Source of the DNA: Wallemia ichthyophaga EXF-994
Lineage: Eukaryota; Fungi; Basidiomycota
DNA length: 32,000 nt
Assembly: GCF_000400465.1 (NCBI RefSeq)
Contig: NW_008806287.1
Span: 180,001-212,000 of the forward strand
Direction: 5' to 3'
Shown here: one piece after another, positions 9,533 to 19,665 of the stretch
Layout: each line of letters begins with the position of its first letter
How positions within the stretch are numbered: position 1 is the first letter of the stretch
Notes under the pieces: model-generated
Databases searched by the model: none
What the model was told of the DNA's origin: nothing
What the model saw: the letters and a program-made list of their open reading frames with translations, nothing else
Translations under genes and position numbers: made by a program

Positions 9533-11865
9533 TCATAGCATCATCACGTCGATCTGTAGATCCCTTGCAACAGAGCGCCAGTCGTCGTTGGGGAGGTGAG
9601 CATCCTGGCGTTTCCAGCACTCGCTAACGATAGTTTCCGCGCATTCGAGGTCGGAGCAGTACCATTCGCGACACGAGCGGAATAGTTGGCGAACCCATTC
9701 TCGGTCGTGGCTGGTGAACATTTGTACACCGCTAATGATGATTGCCCAAATAAGCATAACTGCCATACCCATATCACGCGTCGCTTCGCTGCACAGTCCC
9801 AGTACAGCCCGCGCCGCGGCTTGTATATTAGCATCATGAATAGGTATGTCGAAGATTTCGCGCGAGAGGAAAATCATCAGTGTATGTCTGTAGATGAGGT
9901 CTCCGCACTGTTTGTGGGTGGAGTGTGTTAGCGTGTGTGCACACACTCAAACTCAAACTCAAACTCACCTCTACTCGTTGATGCCGCAGTACGAGAGACT
10001 GCTGGGCCATATTCTCGAGCTCACTGTACAGAGTGAAAGTCTTACTGCGTATGGTTTGCATCGTGGAGAGCATATCCGCTGGTAACACTTCCTGCAGTGT
10101 CGCCGCATCTTTATCGTCTATCGGTATGGGCATGTTCAGCTTGCGTCTTTGACTATGAAGGCGACATGACCGCGCTATTATATCCAGCATCTGCCTACTC
10201 ATTCCGTAACTGCGCTCGAAGCTGTTATGCGCATCGTCGCCGAAGTTTTCACTGTTTTGCATCTCAAACCACCACGCCGAGTGGGTCGTATCGCCTATAA
10301 GTTGGGGTGAGTCACCTGTAGTGAGACACGCAAACACTTCATGAGCGGTGAGTTCCTCGAGGAAAGTACGTCTAATAAGCAAAGATTTTTTGCTAAGGTC
10401 GTCAACGACATGGCGACGTTTGTGCAGACCAAGCATGACAGATGGACCACCAAGCTTATTAACTAACGCTAAAGCGACATTCATCGACTGCCGCCAATCC
10501 TGACTTGCACTGAGAACGTCATACTTTAACACAGCTATGAATGCTAGTAAGGACATGTCTATGTCTTGACTACTCGAGTCACTCATTAATGGCATCATCA
10601 CCTGCTTTAATGCCATGTTCTTTAGTTGATGCGATAGCTGAAGCTCTTGATATGCATCTAAGCCCTGTTTCTGACGTATGAAATGCATATGGGTCGCTGA
10701 GATTGCTAGTATCCCATACGTGATTGCGGATTGATTCGTATTCAGTACGAGCGGTATGGAAAGCGCTAGGAATGGATTCTTTGGCTCGTTTATCGCGCAA
10801 AGCAGCTTCTTCGACTGGCTGAGGAAATTATGTAGCAGTTGCTTTGATTGTGGGTTCGCGTTGATAATGTTGTTCGCGTAGACACCCTCACTCATGATTG
10901 GAGGTAGAGCAGTAGGTGAGGATGCTGTTGGTGGGGATGGTCTGCTATATATATACTCATTGTCTGGACTGGTGTCTTGATTGAGTATAGGGGAAGGTGG
11001 GGTGAAAAATGGCGTTGAAGAAAGGAATGATGCATATTCGTTGGTAAGTGGAGACGTAGGCGCCATCAAACCGTTGTTAAGCGAGTTGAAAGGGACAGAT
11101 ACAGTAGCCATCGAGTTCCCCAGTGGTGGATCCATATTGGGGGGAAGAATTCTTGACGACGAAGGGTCAAAGTATGAGGGTTGTGGGAGTGGGGGAGCGT
11201 CTGACGGCATCAAAGACATAGCAGGACCGTTTGGAGGGACAGGAGGAACAGGTAAAGGATTTGAATTCGAATTTGGATGTGGATTATGATTGTGATTATG
11301 ATTGGGTAGATTCATGTCACTTTCCAATTGAACATCGGGGGAAGAATCGATGAGCTGCGATAGGAGTTTTGGACCAAGCAGAGACTGTAGACGCTTGAGA
11401 GAGTGTATAGGGTTATTAAAAGGGTCATTGTAACTGTCGTCGTCATATGCACTAGGTTCAGGAAGAGTGGAAGAATCATGTGCGTCAGAATCGTATGAAG
11501 TTCTTTTACGTTTTCCAGAGGGAGCGTTAGGGTTTGGGTAAGTGCATTCTCTCCCAAGGCTTGTACATTTCAAGCAAACGGGAGCAGTCATGTCGCACTT
11601 AACCTTACGCTTACGGCAAGTGAGGCAACCAGCCCTTGAACGCTTAAACTTAGGACGTTGATTACCATTCGGATTCCTATCAGATTGAGTGATGATATCT
11701 AAGCGAAAGATTAGAATCTGGGCATAGTGGGACTAAGCGAGGCGACGTACCGCTTAGACGAGGAAGAGAGTCTTGGATGGCAGGGTGGCCGGAGCCGATG
11801 ACGTTAATTAAATTCTGGACAGAATGTGCAGTGGCTTGACCATTTGAAGAAGCCATTGGAGCCAT
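9533..11865 (-). CDS. Zn2Cys6 transcription factor with fungal-specific C-terminal domain
   Basis: KRSRAGCLTCRKRKVKCDMTAPVCLKCTSLGRECTY binuclear cluster. Exon 1 (ATG 11865) joins through a GTACGT..CTAAT..TAG intron; a second intron precedes CGDLIYRHTL; C-terminal WKRQD..DWRSVARDLQIDVMML*. Confidence 0.9.
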
Positions 11866-12041
11866 GAGGAATGGAGGCAAAGAGTAGCGTCGGGGATCTG
11901 AGGAGTGAAAATGTGGGTGAAAAAGGGATCAAATGGGCGAGGTACATGTAAATACACCCGAAAACTCTAAACTCCGGTGTAAAATATAGAAAATAGGGGA
12001 AAAGGGCAAGTCCGAGGTGAAGAGATTGAACAGATACGCTC

Positions 12042-12483
12042 ATGTCCTCGGATAAATCGGAGTACTGGATAGATAAGGTAGAAACGTGTGGACTTGAAGG
12101 GGTTGAGCTGTTTGAGTACAGGAGAAAGCTGTGGACACAGCCAACAAAAACAACTCAAGGACATTTGATCGAGAGGGAGAAAACGCCATCGATTGTAAAG
12201 TTAATACAGTTGATCGATAACGCAAAGGATAAGGAGAATTATACAGATATTTGGGATAAAGGTATTTCCAGGATTTATGAGAATTTGGTACAAGGAAACA
12301 GGTTACTTCAGCCGCTGCCACTGGAGATAATAGTGAGTGAGATAAGCAATAGAAATATAAATATTAAATGTAAACAAGGTTCAAGTGATTTGTAGAGCAG
12401 CCTGGGTTGAGTTGGGAATTTGGCCTGTTGAGTATGTTAAAACGCCAGATCCAGCACCAATTGTACCAAGAGCATTCATGTAG
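12042..12483 (+). CDS. Gag1-like clamp (DUF4050-type) protein
   Basis: FEYRRKLWT..ISRIYENLVQGNRLLQPLPLEII; after one GTGAGT..AAG intron it continues VQVICRAAWVELGIWP..FM*. Confidence 0.7.
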
Positions 12484-12485
12484 TT

Positions 12486-12872
12486 TTAGATTGGCGATAT
12501 CTGTAGTATTGTTAGAATATTCAAATATCCCAAGTATCCCAAGTATCCCCAAATATCCCAACAAACTCACCAAAATAACACCATCACCTCTAACATACAA
12601 GATATCCATATTTCTACTAACTACTCTAGCTGATGGCTGTAAAGAGCTGCTATCGACATCCACAACGGTTATAAATTCTTCAACTTTGCCTAGAATCAGA
12701 TTCATATGTGAATCGTATGCCTGGGTTTGTTACTACGAATATATCCAACGCTAAGCACCAAACACACGTGTAGAATACCCAATAACTCCCTATCACCTCT
12801 AAGCTTTACCTTTATTTGTTCATTCAAACTCAATCGAACTAAATCCAATGGTTCTTTGATTGCTTCTGTCAT
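12486..12872 (-). CDS. LSM3: U6 snRNA-associated Sm-like protein Lsm3
   Basis: Spliced product [64 protein letters not shown]; two introns. Confidence 0.95.
12522..12558. repeat. 9-bp tandem repeat (CAARTATCC)x4 inside LSM3 intron 2
   Basis: caaatatcc caagtatcc caagtatcc c caaatatcc. Confidence 0.8.
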
Positions 12873-12914
12873 CGGCGTTGATTTTATACAAGTGTTAAAG
12901 TGTACACAGTGAAG

Positions 12915-13433
12915 ATGACCAAACAGAAATTTTACTGCGATTACTGCGATGTGTTCTTAACACACAATTCAGCAGCAGGTTGTTATTCCATTTCTTCAAA
13001 TCGCCGCTAACATCTCTGTAAAGTAAGGAAAGCCCACAATTCAGGTAGAAATCATTTGATAAACGTAAAGGATTATTATGCGTGTGGGTTTTTATTGGCT
13101 TATTGTTCTATCACTCAAACTCCACATCTTCCAGCCCTAGGTCATGATAAAGCTCAATTCATTATAGACGAAATCTGTAGAATACACGAATCTGGTCTTG
13201 CTAGACCTCCTCCTGCTCTAAACAAGTTCCACGGTCCAGCTGGTTTATCGGCTCCACCAATGATGCGTCCACCAATGCCAGGTTTGTTGAGTTTATCGAG
13301 TAGTTGCTTTGCTTATTCATTCGTAGGCCCACCACCACCACCAGGCGTGAGACCAGCCTTCCCAATGCGTCCTCCATTCAGGCCACCACCACCACCTTCA
13401 TTTCGTCCACCACCACCACCAAGGCCCATGTAG
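12915..13433 (+). CDS. YHC1: U1 snRNP protein C
   Basis: [40 protein letters not shown] matrin-type zinc finger and Pro-rich tail. Introns 12979-13023, 13084-13134 and 13282-13326. Confidence 0.95.
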
Positions 13434-13488
13434 ATCAGTTATTCATGTATTTATTCTTCTTCTTGTTATCAACGTTCATCATAGACTC

Positions 13489-14229
13489 ATGAACACTGAT
13501 CAAATCGATAACATTCTTCGGTGGCTGGGAAGTGACGATAAGCAAACACTCAAACTAAATCCACTTTTATTCCTCCATAAAAACATCTTCTTCCTTCCTC
13601 CTAACCTCCTCAATTACTTCCACAGTGTAACAACTCCCAAGCAACGCACTAACATCCCAATCATAAAGAAGCGTCGCTTAAATTGGGCAAAATCACAGCA
13701 GCAGCAATCCAAAGATACTTTCACTACTCAAGCAGGGCGTTTCAGAGATCCTTCCAATTTCGAAGAAACTGTTCAACGCGATAGTCTGGGCAACCATCCC
13801 AGCTTCAAATATGCACACGACGCTGGTCTCAATGAATCGCAGTGGCTGTCAAACAATTCTATGATGTCAAAACACGCTAAACTCGGCAAACTTGCTGGTC
13901 TACTATCCGAGTATGAATCAGAGAGAGATAGCAGATCGTACACGCAGTCTAAAATTGCTGCTTTACGTAAAAATAATTCTGGATCACTCGGTAGATCTGT
14001 CTTTGATGGTGATGATGGTCATGTCGATCATCTCGGTGAGCTCACTGGGAAGGAGTCCTTCGAGAGACTCCTCCTCGAGAATTGGATTGATGGCGTAGAT
14101 GATTTACTCGATTATAGCGTCGATTTCGACGATTCTTACGACTCTCTCTCTCTAAATAACCCCACTGAGCTCGATGAGGATTTACAGCAGTCAAAATACT
14201 TTGACGATAGCGATAGCGATTGCAATTGA
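13489..14229 (+). CDS. CCDC97-like (DUF2052-type) protein
   Basis: C-terminus WIDGVDDLLDYSVDFDDSYD..DLQQSKYFDDSD matches the CCDC97 pattern F..G.D..FDY..VD....D....E..YFD.E; 246-aa intronless ORF. Confidence 0.65.
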   Translation: MNTDQIDNILRWLGSDDKQTLKLNPLLFLHKNIFFLPPNLLNYFHSVTTPKQRTNIPIIKKRRLNWAKSQQQQSKDTFTTQAGRFRDPSNFEETVQRDSLGNHPSFKYAHDAGLNESQWLSNNSMMSKHAKLGKLAGLLSEYESERDSRSYTQSKIAALRKNNSGSLGRSVFDGDDGHVDHLGELTGKESFERLLLENWIDGVDDLLDYSVDFDDSYDSLSLNNPTELDEDLQQSKYFDDSDSDCN

Positions 14230-14341
14230 TGCTGTGCCACGCGTCGTATAAGTCATCACGCGTTTGTAACGCCAAATTAAAAATTAAATCTCTACAAACA
14301 TACTCACGCTTTCTTTGTATTAAATCACTCAAGCAGACGTA

Positions 14342-15502
14342 ATGGATGCTATATTAAAATGCAGCATAGATGGCATTAAGTGGACAAATTCAAATTCTAT
14401 GCAATTCCTCTGCCAGCAGACCCAATTGAATATAAAAAAAGCAGCAGATTCAATCTTAAGTGGTAAAGTTGTTGGATTTCCAACAGAGACTGTGTATGGA
14501 CTAGGTGCTAATGCCTTCAATGAGCAAGCTGTGAGGTCTATTTTCAAAGCCAAAGGTAGACCAAATGACAATCCCTTGATAGTACATGTTTCGTCGTTGA
14601 ATATGTTTAACAGTTATTTCAATCAGAAACTACCTCGTACTTATGAGCTCCTAATAAATGAATTCTGGCCTGGTCCTCTCACTATCCTGATAAAAAGTCC
14701 AAGTCAAATACCTGCAGAGACAACTGCCAACTTGAACACGGTCGGTGTTAGAATCCCTTATCATCCAATCGCTAGAGCTTTGATTGAATGTAGCGGTGTA
14801 CCTTTAGCAGCCCCTTCTGCGAATAGCTCTGGTAAACCATCAACTACGACTGCTTTACACGTTTATGAAGATATTTTTCAGAGAAAAGAAGCACGCGAAG
14901 TGATGGATTATATTATAGACGGTGGTAGATCAGATATTGGATTAGAATCGACAGTTATAGATGGTATTACAGTCGATGGTAAAGTGAGAGTACTTCGACC
15001 AGGTGGTGTTACAGTAGAAGATTTAAAAAGAGTTGTTGGTGACGATAACGTTGTTTATGAAAAGATGGAGATCAAGACTGCAGATTTCAAACCAACAACG
15101 CCTGGTATGAAGTATAAGCATTACTCACCTAAAGCTAGAGTGTTATTGTTGATGAATGATAGTAATACCAACAAGTCAGACAAAATCAAAAAGCTAAAAG
15201 AGTTGATAGAAAGCTTAGATACAAATGACAAGATTGGAATGATGACGTTGGAAGATTCACTCATGACGAACGAGTTGATGAACATTAATAAGAGCAGCAA
15301 CAATTTAATCCCCTACTTTATCGGGCCTTCAAACAATCCCTCAATCGTCGCTTCAAATATATTCGCTGGTCTGCACAGTCTAGACAAGCACCAAGTGGAA
15401 TACATACTAGTTGAAGGAGTAGAAGAGCGTAATGAAGGTCTAGCAATAATGAATAGACTATATAAAGCAGCAGGTAACCTCGAGAATGTCATTTTGATTT
15501 AG
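14342..15502 (+). CDS. SUA5: Threonylcarbamoyl-AMP synthase
   Basis: VGFPTETVYGLGANA, KGRPNDNPLIVH, FWPGPLT, LAAPSANSSGKPS, GLESTVID, PGMKYKHYSP, AIMNRLYKAA. Confidence 0.97.
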   Translation: MDAILKCSIDGIKWTNSNSMQFLCQQTQLNIKKAADSILSGKVVGFPTETVYGLGANAFNEQAVRSIFKAKGRPNDNPLIVHVSSLNMFNSYFNQKLPRTYELLINEFWPGPLTILIKSPSQIPAETTANLNTVGVRIPYHPIARALIECSGVPLAAPSANSSGKPSTTTALHVYEDIFQRKEAREVMDYIIDGGRSDIGLESTVIDGITVDGKVRVLRPGGVTVEDLKRVVGDDNVVYEKMEIKTADFKPTTPGMKYKHYSPKARVLLLMNDSNTNKSDKIKKLKELIESLDTNDKIGMMTLEDSLMTNELMNINKSSNNLIPYFIGPSNNPSIVASNIFAGLHSLDKHQVEYILVEGVEERNEGLAIMNRLYKAAGNLENVILI

Positions 15503-15545
15503 TTATAGACCTCTTGTACCCTAACATCCACTTGTACACACTTAA

Positions 15546-16814
15546 ATGGAGATTGGCAGAGCTAAACCACTTTATAGATCAAGAAGTGTGCGCAAGCCTC
15601 AATCATCCTCAGCACTCCAAACAACAACGCTTGAAGACGTCGCTTTGGCTATGAATGTCACCATACCAGAGAAATCAACTTCAACGAGGAACTACGACAA
15701 TTTAGATGAAATGGCACCAGAAATAGTAAAAGAGCAATTCATTCAAGTTGATAACCAGAAATCTCATTTCGAATCTGAGCTTAGCCTGTCTACAGCCATA
15801 GCTTATCAATTGTTTCAGCAGAATGACAAGTTAAAACAGGATCAATCCAAACTGTTAGATCAGATTGATGATTTCAATAAACTGATTAGCTACCACTTGA
15901 ATTTAAACAACGACGACTTTGTCGTTCAAAAGCGTCATTTATCCGTTGCACTTGAGAGTCAAGTTGAAAAATCTCAGTCGGTTGCTTGGATTGAATCTCA
16001 AGCGAATGAGCTGAAAATTGAGTTAAGCACTCTACAGAAGCAAATTACTCATCAAAACCTCAAAGCAAAAAGAGAATTACGCGATCTAAAGAATGAACGT
16101 GATCTGTTAAAAACGTCTTTGATTTCCGCTGAAACGAGATTCCAACAGCTCGAAATACAGTTGTCACTTGCGTGTAAAAGAAAGCCTTTATCCAATCTAC
16201 GCCAAGAATGGAGATCGTCAAACGATCAAGAAAGCCTCTGTAATTCGCCCGTCCAATTCCCTCAAGTTATTAATGATAGTCCATTAGCACATCGCAGAAC
16301 ATACAACTCTACTCACTCTTCTTATTCTTATTCTTCCCGCGCTTCTTCACCGCAACATGAACCATTGGTCTTACAACTCACTAATACACCAAAACTATCT
16401 TCTCCTAGCGCGAGCGCAAGCGAAACATTCATTCAAAAGAGGCCTTCCAGGTCTCCATCTCGAACTATAAAGCACGCAAGATCATTCTCCGATAGTGCTT
16501 TCATGATGGGTGGATCAACTCAACAGAAGAAATTAACACTCGAAAGAGAACTCGCAATGGCGAAAAGTCTCAATGAGCGTACAAAGATTGTGTTTCAGTC
16601 CGTCGAAAGCTTTACCACCTATGTCTTTAAGATACCAAGTTGTTTATCGATAACGCAAGCCATCATATCAATTAATATAACTGTCACTTTCGCAATTTTG
16701 AGTACAACGCTCAGAGCTATGGCTAAGCTTTTGTTGTATATGTACCTGGCGCTTGTATTACTACTCTTCTTACTGAGATCTCAAATGAAAGCGATGAGAT
16801 CATTGAGTGAGTAG
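15546..16814 (+). CDS. Hypothetical coiled-coil protein with C-terminal hydrophobic anchor
   Basis: 422-aa ORF: long heptad region (~aa 75-210), Ser/Pro-rich linker, hydrophobic tail (LLLYMYLALVLLLFLL) followed by basic residues. Confidence 0.75.
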   Translation: MEIGRAKPLYRSRSVRKPQSSSALQTTTLEDVALAMNVTIPEKSTSTRNYDNLDEMAPEIVKEQFIQVDNQKSHFESELSLSTAIAYQLFQQNDKLKQDQSKLLDQIDDFNKLISYHLNLNNDDFVVQKRHLSVALESQVEKSQSVAWIESQANELKIELSTLQKQITHQNLKAKRELRDLKNERDLLKTSLISAETRFQQLEIQLSLACKRKPLSNLRQEWRSSNDQESLCNSPVQFPQVINDSPLAHRRTYNSTHSSYSYSSRASSPQHEPLVLQLTNTPKLSSPSASASETFIQKRPSRSPSRTIKHARSFSDSAFMMGGSTQQKKLTLERELAMAKSLNERTKIVFQSVESFTTYVFKIPSCLSITQAIISINITVTFAILSTTLRAMAKLLLYMYLALVLLLFLLRSQMKAMRSLSE

Positions 16815-16895
16815 GTAGTAGATAGTAGGTGTTCAAGTTAACTTTTTATTGTAAATACATTCATTCATACGAGGTATCAATCATCTAGCAGGTCA

Positions 16896-17631
16896 TTAAG
16901 CAGCCGGTCTCAATGCCTTGAGCCTCTTCATCAGTTCATCCTCATCTCTCTCCTTTTCAGGTGGAGCTTCTTGTTGCTGAAGTTCTGGGACATCATCTAC
17001 ATGTTGAGCGCCAATCTTCTGACTGATTTCGAGTCCAGCTTCGTCAGCGACTTGTTGGACCAATCCATCAACTGCATCTGGAGGAGTTGATTGAGCTTCT
17101 GCGGCATTATGCATAGTAGATTCCATGTAATTCGTATGGCTATCTAAATCTGAGAACTGCGTTTCGAATTTATCCATTATTGACGACATCTTAATTACCA
17201 TCGAGCGTTAGTGTGTGCAATCAAGCAAAACAGACGTAGACGCAGACGTACTAAATCGAGGTTCATCGTTGACATCGCCTTGTCCATTCCACCAACAACC
17301 GATTTCATTGAATTTGACACCGTCCGCATCGTCACTGCTGTCTCCACTCTCGACGCAACGCTATCAACTCTAGAAGACAAACGGAGCAAATTAAGCGATT
17401 CATTCTTTTTCCTTATGGCATTTGAAGCGTATATACGCGCTGTGTCTTCATTGCCTTTAGAAAGTGCATTCTTGAGCTTGTTCTTCTCCACCGTTTCGTC
17501 TTTCTCCGCCTTCTTTGACTGCTTTGATAATTGCTTTGATGTGAACTGAGTCGAGCGTGTTAACCCATATACCTTTCATTCCCCACTTGACCAACCTTCA
17601 ATTGAAATAGCGTCTTTTCCAGTGACGCCAT
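16896..17631 (-). CDS. DID2: ESCRT-III-associated CHMP1/Did2/Vps46
   Basis: [76 protein letters not shown]; two introns. Confidence 0.95.
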
Positions 17632-17665
17632 GATTGTCTATAAAAGGGAAGAAATTTATACAAAT

Positions 17666-19575
17666 TCAACAAACAAAATCTAAATCCATATCTATCTCAT
17701 GGCTGCTGCTTAATTGCGGTCTTTGGGTATACTGTCCTTTCATCTTATCGCGCACCGCATTCAAAAGATCGATGAATGACATATCCTCATCCCTGTTTTT
17801 ATCTGTCCTTTTGTAAGCTGCCATCTTCTAAATCCAAACACCTACATAGTGTTGAAAGAAACGCATAGCTCATAGCTCCACTCTGTCCTGCGTCTGCAGC
17901 CGTCTGCGTATCCTTTGCAGCAGCAAACATAATCTAATACGTCAGCTTGGTTACTTTAGAGGTGTTGTAGAAGCTCACAACATCTGCTGGACTGAACGCC
18001 TTCTTTTTCTGTTTCTTATCTTCTGTTTTACCCGTGAAGAGCTTCTTTGAGAAATAATACGCATCGTGCAACGGCGATATCATTCCGTTCGGCAGTCTGT
18101 GAGAGAAAAGCTCTTTGCTAGCTTCTTTGAGGATATTAGGCTGCTTGACATCACCATTACTATCATCTGTACCGTCGTTAAAACGCTTCATTTCCTCGAA
18201 TAGACTGACAAGTAAAAGGCAGGTCGAGTGCTGTACCGCTATGGCACGAGTCAAACAACGCGGTCAGACGGCATCCAGCTTCTTCAATTAGCAGCGTAAT
18301 TGTATATTATCAGTACTCACCCGGCAATGGTGCCACAAGTTCGTCGTACATGGTATCGTCAACTAAGTGTCCCTTCTGTGTTGTGTGTTAGAAGTAAAGC
18401 AATCAACACAGCTTTATGACAACTTTCTGGAAATCTACTGGGTACACTGTTTCGTCAAAGCCTGAGGCATCTCGTTAGCGCAACTAAAGGTACATATAAA
18501 CAACCCGCACCATCATCCTCATCACCTAAAGAACATAATTTAGCAAATATGATCCAACAAACAGCGCAAATTACCATCTAAATCTTTTGTACGTCCGCCG
18601 TGTCCACTATAATGGAAGAAAAGTGCATCGTTGAGTTTAGCACCGTCAACAAGCCAGCGCATAGCCGCAAGCATGTTTTTCTTTGTGGGCTGCATACTAG
18701 TATCTGTGTCATTAGAGTCCTTGAGTAGCATGATGTTCTGTGGCTTATAACCGCAACGTTTGATCAAGAACTTCCTAACCTTGTCCTGTAAAGAGTCGGA
18801 GAATTGAACGACGGTTTTAAATTAGCAGGTAAACTTACAGCATCGTTCTGACATCCGCCCAGCTCATTATCAGTCCCTACGTAGTTGATGCCCTTAGTTG
18901 AAATTAGTATATGACGTCGTCGTCGACTTGATAGACGCACTATACACACAGCCTTCCTGGTGCCTGTGCACTCTGAGTACTGGTATTTCAACCTCTTGCC
19001 AGGTCCATAAGACCTCTGTTCACACGTCGGTTTGCGTCTGCGCTTTGGATTTGCTTTCGATGGGGGCTTTGCTGGCTTGGCGGAGGGCTGTTGAAACCGA
19101 ACGGATGGTGCAGCTGATTGTGAAGGCTGCTGTGGTTGGAGTTGTGGTTGGAGTTGTGGTTGTGGTTGTAGTTGTGGTTGTAGTTGTGGTTGTGGTTGTG
19201 CCCGATAGTGAGATTGCTGAGGCTGATAAGATTGTTGAGGAGTGGAATCCCTGAATTTTATCAGCCTCGATGTTAACCCTGTATTCCAGCTGCCTACCTA
19301 TGATAATAAGGACCGTGAGTGCTGAGTATCGCAAGACTCTCGCTGGAGGCAACTTAATAAACGCGTCTAACCACACGCGCAACCCACTCTAGCGAATCAT
19401 GAGGATATATTGGCTGCCTGAACTGCCTATTCACTTTATCAAATTGCGCTGGTACTCTCAATCCGTAATCCTGCGGATGAGGCGGTGGTGCGATATATCC
19501 GCCTGGACTCGGGAAATATTGCAGCGTGTTGTAGCCATTTTGATATCCAAGCCCACCGCTGCTCTCAAAATTCAT
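17666..19575 (-). CDS. MCA1: Type I metacaspase with Q/P-rich prodomain
   Basis: RKAVCI-GINY, FFHYSGHGG (catalytic His), LTALFDSCHSGTALDLP (catalytic Cys), GAMSYAF, QRPQLSSSHEID. Eleven short introns join a stop-free frame from ATG 19575. Confidence 0.93.
19131..19200. repeat. Coding hexamer microsatellite (CAACCA/CAACTA/CAACTC on minus strand)
   Basis: Encodes QPQPQLQPQLQPQPQLQPQLQPQ in the metacaspase prodomain. Confidence 0.85.
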
Positions 19576-19665
19576 CCGCCGCCGCTGCTACCGTTATTGA
19601 TAAGAGCAGAAAAGCACGAAGCGTATTTTCACGGCAAAATCTACATTTATAAATACATACACAGC

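Noticed and set aside
11680-11880. 66-aa ORF as a uORF of the Zn2Cys6 gene
   Set aside because: It is exon 1; a 52-nt intron joins it in frame to the zinc-cluster exon.
18898-19382. Poly-Thr (minus) and poly-Val (plus) ORFs resembling a mucin-like or membrane protein
   Set aside because: Alternative readings of the QP microsatellite; the frame continuous with the metacaspase catalytic domain is the Q/P frame.
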